Shown here: in pieces, positions 18,894 to 26,594 of the stretch
How positions within the stretch are numbered: the first letter of the stretch is position 1
How the letters are laid out: each line of letters starts with the position of its first letter
Source: Candidatus Calditenuis fumarioli
GTDB taxonomy: Archaea; Thermoproteota; Nitrososphaeria_A; Caldarchaeales; Calditenuaceae
DNA length: 64,000 nucleotides
Direction: 5' to 3'
Assembly (NCBI GenBank): GCA_030059665.1
Contig: JANVYR010000001.1
Coordinates: forward strand, 32,001 to 96,000
Translations under genes and position numbers: made by a program
The notes under the pieces: generated by a model
Databases searched by the model: none
Told to the model about the DNA's origin: nothing
The model's input: the letters and a program-made list of their open reading frames with translations, nothing else

Positions 18894-20315
18894 TCACCCT
18901 CGAGGCAGCTCGCTCAGGATGTACTCAACGAACCAGTCCATCTCCCACAGCGCGTCCCTGTCCAGCCTGCCACCCTCCCTCCTCTCGCCGCTGCGCTTGC
19001 TGACGACGTAGGTCTTGCCGTCGACCATCACCTCTCCGGACTGGTCCCTTATCGGCTCCCCGAGGTTGCCCTCCGGTGAGAAGGGCTCGAAGATCAGCTC
19101 CTTCATCTGCTCGTACCTCCGCTTGATCTCGGCCTGCCACTCGCTCGGGATCGCCGGGTTAAGGGGAGCGAGGTAGACCGTTCCCTCGGGCTGGCCAGCG
19201 GTGCTCTTGTCGACCGGCCTCCTCCACCTGTAGGGCACGTAGTCGCCGATCCTCGTCCAGATGTCAACTGACTGCCAGGTGTTGGTGGCCACCATCCTGT
19301 AGAACTCGAGATAGAGTGGGCCCCAGTTGACCACCTGGCCTGTCAGGTGCGCGTTCGGGCCGTACTGCCTCATGTCGCTGTAGTGGCTGAAGCTCCAGAC
19401 CCTCTTCCCCTTCTGGGTCGTGTACTCCTCTGCGACCTGGAGGACCGTCGGGCTGTCCTCCGTGTAGGCTAGCACGTCAGCGTTCTTCTCCTCGATCAGC
19501 GATATTGCCCCGGTCCTAGCCTTCGCTGGATCGAACCACGAGAAGAGCCAGACGACGTACGCCTTGATGTTCTTCCCGGTCCTCTTCTTGTAAGCGTAGT
19601 TGGCCCCGAGGACGAAGGCGTTGATGTGCCTCACCACCTCTGGTATCGGGTGTGCTGCGACGTATCCCACCACACCTGTCTGGGTGACGGCTCCTGCGGC
19701 GAGGCCGTTGAGGTAGTAAAGCTGGTAGAACTCCGCGAAGGCCGAGCTCATGTTGTTCGGCGCGTTCCCCGCGGCACCGCTCCTGTAACCCGATATGTGG
19801 ACGAAGTAGCGATCTGGATACTTCGCCGCCATCTCGGCCGTCGGGTCCATGTAGCCGAAGCTGGTTGTGATGATCAGCTTCGCGTTCTCCTTGGTGATGA
19901 GCGACTCGATCGCGCTGGCCGCCTGAGGCTCGGGAACGCTCTCGATGTACGCGGACTTGGCTGCTGGGAACCTCTGGTCAGCCCACTTCCTGCCCTGATC
20001 GTGGGCGTGGCTCCAGCCGTAATCGCCGACGGGCCCCACGTAGATGTAGCCGACCTTCAGCTCCGTGACCTGCGGCGCCGTGACCGTTCTCTCGACAGTG
20101 GCGGTCCTCTGCACCGTTACGGTCCTCTCGGCCGCTGCCTGCGTAACCGTGGTTGTGACTGCCCTCGGAGGGGCTGCCGACTGGCCGGCGAGGTAGCCAG
20201 CTATGCCGCCTATGACTCCGGCGGCCACGATACCTCCGACCGCGGCACCCGTTGAGACGCCGAGGAACTCCCTCCTGGTGATCCTCCTCCGGTCCGTACC
20301 GGATTTTTCCGTCAT
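18894..20315 (-). CDS. BMP-family ABC substrate-binding protein with Tat signal and Thr/Val-rich linker
   Basis: TRREFL twin-arginine motif; YVGPVGDYGWSHAHDQGR, TSFGYMD, WFDPAK, NWGPLY. Confidence 0.9.
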   Translation of the reverse strand: MTEKSGTDRRRITRREFLGVSTGAAVGGIVAAGVIGGIAGYLAGQSAAPPRAVTTTVTQAAAERTVTVQRTATVERTVTAPQVTELKVGYIYVGPVGDYGWSHAHDQGRKWADQRFPAAKSAYIESVPEPQAASAIESLITKENAKLIITTSFGYMDPTAEMAAKYPDRYFVHISGYRSGAAGNAPNNMSSAFAEFYQLYYLNGLAAGAVTQTGVVGYVAAHPIPEVVRHINAFVLGANYAYKKRTGKNIKAYVVWLFSWFDPAKARTGAISLIEEKNADVLAYTEDSPTVLQVAEEYTTQKGKRVWSFSHYSDMRQYGPNAHLTGQVVNWGPLYLEFYRMVATNTWQSVDIWTRIGDYVPYRWRRPVDKSTAGQPEGTVYLAPLNPAIPSEWQAEIKRRYEQMKELIFEPFSPEGNLGEPIRDQSGEVMVDGKTYVVSKRSGERREGGRLDRDALWEMDWFVEYILSELPRG

Positions 20316-20331
20316 AGCGCAATTACACGTT

Positions 20332-20341
20332 CACCGCGGTG
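20332..20341. promoter_or_regulatory. Palindromic operator candidate upstream of BMP gene
   Basis: CACCGCGGTG between minus-strand TTTAT (20343-20347) and ATG 20315; flanked by repeated TTACAC/ACACGT words. Confidence 0.3.
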
Positions 20342-20436
20342 GATAAAGGTATTGGACACGTCATTACACAGGTTTATGCAAATGCGCTCCGTTCCTGTAA
20401 AAATTGGGGCGCGGAGCGCGGCGATGACCCGACCGG

Positions 20437-21864
20437 TCAGTAGGCTCTCCCGAAGTAGGCGGTGACCCTCGCCTCTCCGCCGCAGTAGATGCATTTCGAG
20501 AGGATCGGCTCCGGCTCGAAGGGTATGACCCTGACGGTGGCGCCCGTGAGCTCCTTGATCGCGGCCTCGCACTCCCTCGATCCGCAGTAGGACGCCTTGA
20601 TGAAGCCGCCCTTCTCCTCGAGGGCCCTTGAGAACTCCTCGAGCGACCTGACCTCGGTTATGTGCTCGAGCAGGAACTTCTTGGCAGCCTCGTAAAGGGA
20701 CCGCTGTATCTCGGCCAAGAGGCTCCGCACGGCGTCGACCAGCTCCCCATCGCCAACGGTCACCCGCGTCAGCGTGTCCCTTCTTGCCAGCGTCACCCTA
20801 CCGCCCTCGACCTCCTTGGGCCCGATCTCGGCCCTCAGCGGCACGCCCTTCAGCTCCCACTCGTTGAACTTCCACCCCGGAGTGTACTCGGTCCTGTCGT
20901 CGAGGTGGACCCTGATGCCTGCCTCCGAGAGCCGGCGCACGACCTCCCTGCACTTCTCGATCACCGCGGCCCTCTCCTCGTCCCGGTAATGTATCGGGAT
21001 CACCACGACCTGGATCGGAGCTATCTCCGGCGGCAGCCTGAGGCCCCGGTCGTCTCCGTGGACCATGATCACGGCCCCTATGACGCGCCAAGAGAGGCCC
21101 CACGAGGTGCTCCACGCGTAGTGCATCTGTCCGTCCGGCCCCAGGTACCTGACCTCGAAGGGGACGGTGAAGTTCTGGCCGAGGTTGTGGGACGTGGCCA
21201 TCTGGAGGACCTTGCCGTCGGGCATCACAGCCTCGAGCGTCGTCGTGTAAACCGCCCCCACGAACTTCTCCAGCTCCGACTTGTACCCCGCGAGGACCGG
21301 TATCGCCAGCTTCTCCTCCACGACCTCCCTGTAGACGTTCAGCATCCTCATCACCTCCTGCTCCGCCTCCTCCTTCGTCGCGTGGATCGTGTGACCCTCC
21401 TGCCAAAGGAACTCGGAGGTGCGGATGAAGGGCTTGGTGGACTTGATCTCGGCCCTGAGAGCGGAGTTCCAGAAGTTCACCAGTACCGGGAGCTCCCTCC
21501 AACTCTTTATCGAGGCTCCGAAGGTGGCGTAGAAGAGCGTCTCAGAAGTGGGCCTCACCGCAAGCCTCTCTCCCAGCGGGTCGTCGCCCGAATGGGTGAC
21601 CCAGAAGACCTCGGGCGTGAAGCCCTTGAAGTGCTCCGCCTCCTTCCTCAATAGCGATTCGGGTATCAGCACCGGCAGGAACGCGTTCCTGTGGCCCGTC
21701 TCCCTGAACCTCCTGTCCAGGTGGGACCTGATCAGCTCCCAGATCTCGTACCCGTAGGGGAGCAGGTATATCGTCCCCTTCACCGGCGCGTACCCCGCCA
21801 GCCCCGCCTCCTCGACCACCTCCAGGTACCACTCCGAGAAGTTCTCGGACTTCTTGTGCTTCAT
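20437..21864 (-). CDS. proS: Proline--tRNA ligase (archaeal/eukaryal type)
   Basis: RPTSET, PFIRTSEFLWQEGHT, TSHNLGQNF, SWGLSWR, HGDDRGL, C-terminal Zn cysteines. Confidence 0.97.
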   Translation of the reverse strand: MKHKKSENFSEWYLEVVEEAGLAGYAPVKGTIYLLPYGYEIWELIRSHLDRRFRETGHRNAFLPVLIPESLLRKEAEHFKGFTPEVFWVTHSGDDPLGERLAVRPTSETLFYATFGASIKSWRELPVLVNFWNSALRAEIKSTKPFIRTSEFLWQEGHTIHATKEEAEQEVMRMLNVYREVVEEKLAIPVLAGYKSELEKFVGAVYTTTLEAVMPDGKVLQMATSHNLGQNFTVPFEVRYLGPDGQMHYAWSTSWGLSWRVIGAVIMVHGDDRGLRLPPEIAPIQVVVIPIHYRDEERAAVIEKCREVVRRLSEAGIRVHLDDRTEYTPGWKFNEWELKGVPLRAEIGPKEVEGGRVTLARRDTLTRVTVGDGELVDAVRSLLAEIQRSLYEAAKKFLLEHITEVRSLEEFSRALEEKGGFIKASYCGSRECEAAIKELTGATVRVIPFEPEPILSKCIYCGGEARVTAYFGRAY

Positions 21865-21977
21865 CGCGCCCTGCAGGTCTCCCCCAGCTCGTCTTATGAC
21901 CTTAGCGCGCTCCTTCCCGCAGGAGGACCGGAAGGGAACCGTATATCTCGTGGTTAGGCGATATCACGTCGGAAGCC

Positions 21978-22310
21978 ATGGGGAAGAGGAAGATCATCTC
22001 CGAGCCGAAGGAGCTGGAGCAGATGCCAGAGCTGGGACCGGGAGACGTCTACGGCGTGGTGGTGAAGCTCGTGGGATACGACAACGCGCTGGTCGAGTGC
22101 TCCGACGGGAAGCAGCGCCTCTGCCGGATCCGGGGCCAGCTGAAGCGGAAGATCTGGATAAAGGAGGGAGACCTGGTGGCGGTCAGCCCCTGGGACTTCC
22201 AGAGCGACAAGCGGGGCGACATATGGTGGAGGTTCACCAAAAACCAGGCGCTGGAGCTGGCACAGAAGGGAGTTCTGCCGGACTTCCTCAGGGCGAAGAT
22301 CGAGGGCTGA
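21978..22310 (+). CDS. eif1a: Translation initiation factor aIF-1A
   Basis: CSDGKQRLCRIRGQLKRKIWIKEGD.V.VSPWDFQ.DKRGDI.WR. Confidence 0.95.
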   Translation: MGKRKIISEPKELEQMPELGPGDVYGVVVKLVGYDNALVECSDGKQRLCRIRGQLKRKIWIKEGDLVAVSPWDFQSDKRGDIWWRFTKNQALELAQKGVLPDFLRAKIEG

Positions 22311-22373
22311 GCTCACCTCACCGGAACCGATTTAACGGACAAGCCTATTATCGGGATTTGGGAACATCGCGGT

Positions 22374-22988
22374 ATGGGCAGGGAGGTCTCGCTCGGGAAG
22401 GAACGCTTCCTCCTCCTGGACTGGGACGACATCGTCTCGGGGGTCGAGGAGCTGGCCAGCAAGATCGCGTCATCGGGTTTCAGGCCCGAGGTGATCGTGG
22501 GGATCCTGAGGGGAGGGCTCTTCGTGGCCAACCTGCTGTCCGACGTGATGGACGTTGAGGACGTGATACCGCTGGGGATCCGGAGCTACGTCGGCGTCAA
22601 GTCCAGAGGCACGCCGGTTGTCTACCACAGGCCCTCCCTCGAGGAGCTCACCGGAAAGAGGGTGCTGCTGGTGGACGACGTCTCTGACGAGGGGAAGACT
22701 TTGATGACGGCCCACTCCCTCATCCGGAGTTCATCTGACCCGGCCGAGCTGAAGACCTCGGTCCTCCACATCAAGCCCTGGACGAAGTTCGTCCCCGACT
22801 ACTACGTCCTCATGACCTCCCACTGGATCCTCTATCCGTGGAGCAGGTACGAGAGCGCGAGGCTCCTCTGGCGTCAGATGTCCCCGCACGTCCCCGGCGA
22901 GGACCTCCTCCCTCAGCTCTCATCGCTGCTCGGGCTGGACGAGGAGAAGATACGGAGGGTGATTCTGGGGGCACAGCAGCCCGGCTGA
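22374..22988 (+). CDS. Purine phosphoribosyltransferase (type I PRTase)
   Basis: GILRGG, PRPP loop VLLVDDVSDEGKTL, PDYY..WI.YPW. Confidence 0.88.
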   Translation: MGREVSLGKERFLLLDWDDIVSGVEELASKIASSGFRPEVIVGILRGGLFVANLLSDVMDVEDVIPLGIRSYVGVKSRGTPVVYHRPSLEELTGKRVLLVDDVSDEGKTLMTAHSLIRSSSDPAELKTSVLHIKPWTKFVPDYYVLMTSHWILYPWSRYESARLLWRQMSPHVPGEDLLPQLSSLLGLDEEKIRRVILGAQQPG

Positions 22989-23051
22989 CCTGCGTCACTT
23001 AGGAACAGATGGTTAAATGGCCCATTAGGTCTGACGGGTGACGGACAGGAA

Positions 23052-24377
23052 ATGCCGAAGGTCTACGTCGAGAGCTACGGATGCGCGGCGAACCTCCACG
23101 ACACCGAGATCATGAAGGCCCTCCTCGCGAGGGCCGGGTACGAGGAGGCGTCGTCGCCGGAGCAGGCAGACCTCCTCCTGATCAACACCTGCACGGTCAA
23201 GACGCCCACCGCCAACCGGATGGTCCACAGGATCGCGACGCTCTCCGGATACGGGAAGCCGCTGATCGTTGCGGGGTGCTTCGCCAAGGCGCAGCCGGAG
23301 CTTGTCGAGCGGATCAACCCGAGGGCGTCCCTGCTGGGTCCAGACGCGGTGGACGAGGTCGTCCGTGTGGCAGAAATCGCGCTCTCCGGCGGAAGGGCGT
23401 CCGTTCTCGACGGTAGGCGTGCCGAGAAGACCCTCCTGCCCAGCGTGAGGACGAACCCCGTGGTCGAGATCGTCGAGGTCTCAAGCGGCTGCCTCTCCTC
23501 CTGCACCTTCTGCCAGACGAAGCTCGCCCGCGGCACGCTCTTCAGCTACAGGCCTGCTACCATCCGGGAGAGGGTCAGGGCAGCGGTCGCGGAGGGGGTG
23601 AAGGAGATCTGGCTGACCTCACAGGACATGTCGGCCTACGGAAGGGACATCGGCACGAACCTCGCTGAGCTGCTGAGGAGCATCACGTGCAACGTCCAGG
23701 GCGACTACCGGATCAGGGTCGGGATGATGAACCCGCTACACTTCAGGAAGCTCGAGCTGCAGGAGCTGATCGAGGCGTACCTCGACGTCCACGTCTTCAA
23801 GTTCCTCCACCTCTGCGTCCAGTCTGGAAGCGACAAGGTCCTCAGGGACATGAGGAGGGGATACACCGTCGCGGACTTCGAGGAGTACGTCTCCGCTTTC
23901 AGGTCAGCCATCCCGGACATGACGTTGATGACCGACGTCATAGTGGGCTACCCGACAGAGGAAGAGGAGGACTTCGAGATGACGCTGAGGCTACTCGAGA
24001 GGACGAGGCCGGACTTCGTCAACATCTCCCGTTTCTTCCCCAGGCCCAAGACCGAGGCGGCCAAGCTCAGGCAGCTTCGGCCTGAGGTGGTCAACAGGAG
24101 GAGCAGAGAGATCACGGAGCTCTGCGAGGAGATCGCGCTCCGTAACATGTCCAAGTGGATCGGGTGGAGCGGGCCGGTTCTGATCGACGAGGTGGGCCAG
24201 AAGGGCGAGGTCATCGGAAGGACGGACCACTACAGGCCCGTCGTGATCAGGTCGCCCGACGCCAGATCTCTTTTCGGAAGGTGGGTGGAGGTGGTGGTGG
24301 AGGAGGCGAGGCCCTACTGCCTGATCGGCCGCCCGATATCCAGGGAAGTGGATCTGGCGCAGGCTCAGGCGACGTAG
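23052..24377 (+). CDS. tRNA t6A37 methylthiotransferase (archaeal MtaB/CDKAL1-like), radical SAM + TRAM
   Basis: YGC..N..D, NTCTVK, VAGC, GCLSSCTFC, RVGMMNP, QSGSDKVL, SRFFPRP.T. Confidence 0.92.
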   Translation: MPKVYVESYGCAANLHDTEIMKALLARAGYEEASSPEQADLLLINTCTVKTPTANRMVHRIATLSGYGKPLIVAGCFAKAQPELVERINPRASLLGPDAVDEVVRVAEIALSGGRASVLDGRRAEKTLLPSVRTNPVVEIVEVSSGCLSSCTFCQTKLARGTLFSYRPATIRERVRAAVAEGVKEIWLTSQDMSAYGRDIGTNLAELLRSITCNVQGDYRIRVGMMNPLHFRKLELQELIEAYLDVHVFKFLHLCVQSGSDKVLRDMRRGYTVADFEEYVSAFRSAIPDMTLMTDVIVGYPTEEEEDFEMTLRLLERTRPDFVNISRFFPRPKTEAAKLRQLRPEVVNRRSREITELCEEIALRNMSKWIGWSGPVLIDEVGQKGEVIGRTDHYRPVVIRSPDARSLFGRWVEVVVEEARPYCLIGRPISREVDLAQAQAT

Positions 24378-24856
24378 GTCAGGTTCTCGTCGTCGAAGTC
24401 CCTCACCAGGACCGGCTCTCCTTCACCGATCTGGTGGGAAGCCTCCATCAGCCTCCTCACGGTCATCTCGTCGAGCGGCCTGAGAGCGGCCTCGTAGGCG
24501 GGATGGTCCTCCCCGAAGACCTCCCTGGTCAGCTCGGCCACAAGCCTCCTGACCTCCTGCTCGTCGAGGAACCCCAGCGAGTGCAGGTACTCGTGGAGTA
24601 GAACCGTAAAGAGGTACGAGTTCAGCCGGACCCTCGGGAGGCCGGAGGAGAGCAGCGCGCCCAGCACCCTCCTGTTGACGACGATGAAGTTGGTGCCGAC
24701 TCCGTGGAAGGCCAGGACGTAGGCCGGAGCGTCCGCGAGGACCAGCATCAGGCCAGCCCTCCTCAGGCCCAGCTTCTCCTCGACCACGCGCTTCACCAAC
24801 CTGAACACCTCCTTGAAGGAGCCTGCCGCCTCGAGCTCCTCCCGGACCTTCTCCAT
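24365..24856 (-). CDS. Small hypothetical protein with HEXXH zincin-like motif
   Basis: 163 aa; FTVLLHEYLHSLG; track ORF over-extended upstream. Confidence 0.7.
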   Translation of the reverse strand: MEKVREELEAAGSFKEVFRLVKRVVEEKLGLRRAGLMLVLADAPAYVLAFHGVGTNFIVVNRRVLGALLSSGLPRVRLNSYLFTVLLHEYLHSLGFLDEQEVRRLVAELTREVFGEDHPAYEAALRPLDEMTVRRLMEASHQIGEGEPVLVRDFDDENLTYVA

Positions 24857-24964
24857 CCCTCCCTCCACCGACCGGCCGCCGAATAAGGGTGCCACCTCTA
24901 CGCGGTCGACGGGCCGCACGGATAAGCATAATACCGGAGGAGGTCCGGCCGTTACTGGAGCGGC

Positions 24965-25582
24965 ATGGTCCGGATCGGCGTCACGACCTTCCAGGGCGAC
25001 GTGGAGGAGCACCTGGCGGCCACGAGGGAGGCGCTTCGGAGGCTTGGGGTACCCGGAGAGGTGGTGACGGTCAAGCTGCCGGAGGAGGTGGAGGGCCTCG
25101 ACGCCCTGATCATACCCGGAGGCGAGAGCACCGTGATGGGGAGGCTCGCCCAGAGGACGGGTGCGCTGGACGCCATCAGGAGGAGGGTGCTGGAGGGGAT
25201 GCCTGTGCTGGGGACGTGCGCGGGGCTCATCTTCCTCGCCAAGCGCGTCTACGACCGCGTCGTCGGCGAGACGGGCCAACCTCTTCTTGGGGTTCTGGAC
25301 GTCCTCGTCGAGAGGAACGCCTACGGCAGGCAGCGCGAGTCCTTCGAGGTCGAGCTGGACATACCCGCTCTCGGAGCAAGGGGGTTCAGGGCCGTCTTCA
25401 TCAGGGCCCCGTCGATCCTCGAGGTGGGGGAGGGCGTCGAGGTCCTCGCCAGCTACGGCAATAGGCCGGTCGCGGTGCGGCAGGAGGCCGTCTACGGGAC
25501 CACCTTCCACCCCGAGCTCTCGGGGAGCACCGCCTTCCACGAGGCGCTGGTGAGGGAGGCGGTCAGGTTCTCGCGGCGCTGA
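24965..25582 (+). CDS. pdxT: PLP synthase glutaminase subunit
   Basis: QGDVEEH, IIPGGEST, GTCAG, RNAYGRQ.ESF, FIRAP, FHPEL. Confidence 0.95.
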   Translation: MVRIGVTTFQGDVEEHLAATREALRRLGVPGEVVTVKLPEEVEGLDALIIPGGESTVMGRLAQRTGALDAIRRRVLEGMPVLGTCAGLIFLAKRVYDRVVGETGQPLLGVLDVLVERNAYGRQRESFEVELDIPALGARGFRAVFIRAPSILEVGEGVEVLASYGNRPVAVRQEAVYGTTFHPELSGSTAFHEALVREAVRFSRR

Positions 25583-25637
25583 AGGAGGCCTTTCGTCCCA
25601 TCAAAATGATATTAGCAGGACGGAGACCTCTGGAGCG

Positions 25638-26588
25638 ATGAGGTTCGTCAGGGACGACGAGGTGGCCTCGGCCATACCGATGAGGGAGGTGATCGATGCG
25701 GTGGAGAGGGGGTTCGCGCTCTACAGCCTCAGGCGCGTCAGGATGCCACAGCGCGTCAGGACCGACGTCCCCGAGCACAACGGCGCGATCCTGCTGATGC
25801 CGTGCCTCGTCCCTGAGCTGGAGGTCTACAGCGTCAAGTACGTCACCGTCTATCCCGATAACCCCTCGAGGGGCCTGCCCACGATCTTCGCGGCGCTTCT
25901 CATCTCCGATCCCAGGACCGGTGAGCCCAAGGTGCTCGCGGAGGCCAGGGCGGCCACGGGGCTCAGGACCGGTGCGGCGACTGCGGTCTCGATCAAGCAC
26001 CTCGCCAGGAGGGACGCGGAGAACCTCGGCATCATCGGTTGCGGGTACCAGGCCAGGTGGCAGCTGAGGGCTGCGGCGGAGGTGATGCGCTGCAGCGCGG
26101 TGAGGGCGTACGACGTCGTGAGGCAGAGGGCCGAGGAGCTGGCCTCCGAGGCCTCGAGGGAGCTGGGGCTCGAGGTCAGGGTTTCGGATACGGCGGAGGA
26201 GGTCGTCAGGAGAAGTGACGTGGTGATCACCGCGACCACCTCGAGGACGCCCTTCGTGAAGAAGCAGTGGGTCAGGCCTGGTACGCACTTCTCCGCGATA
26301 GGCGCCTTCACTCCGGACATGGCCGAGCTCGAGGCGGAGCTGGTCGCATCGTCGAAGGTCTACGTCGACTCGCTCGAGGCCGCTAAGGAGGAGGCGGGGG
26401 ACATCATCCAGGCGGTCGCCAAGGGGCTAATGCGGTGGGAGGACGTCAGGGCCGAGATAGGCGAGGTCGTCGCGGGCCTGAAGAAAGGGAGGGAGAACGA
26501 CGAGGAGGTGACGGTCTTCAAGAGCGTGGGGATCGCCGTGCAGGACGCCGCTGTGGCCGCGCTCATCCTCCGGCACCTAGGGGAGTGA
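25638..26588 (+). CDS. ala: Alanine dehydrogenase, archaeal OCD/mu-crystallin type
   Basis: MP, VKYVTVYPDNP.RGLPTI, RTGAATA, GCGYQA, AIGAF, FKSVGIAVQD. Confidence 0.75.
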   Translation: MRFVRDDEVASAIPMREVIDAVERGFALYSLRRVRMPQRVRTDVPEHNGAILLMPCLVPELEVYSVKYVTVYPDNPSRGLPTIFAALLISDPRTGEPKVLAEARAATGLRTGAATAVSIKHLARRDAENLGIIGCGYQARWQLRAAAEVMRCSAVRAYDVVRQRAEELASEASRELGLEVRVSDTAEEVVRRSDVVITATTSRTPFVKKQWVRPGTHFSAIGAFTPDMAELEAELVASSKVYVDSLEAAKEEAGDIIQAVAKGLMRWEDVRAEIGEVVAGLKKGRENDEEVTVFKSVGIAVQDAAVAALILRHLGE

Positions 26589-26594
26589 CCCTTC

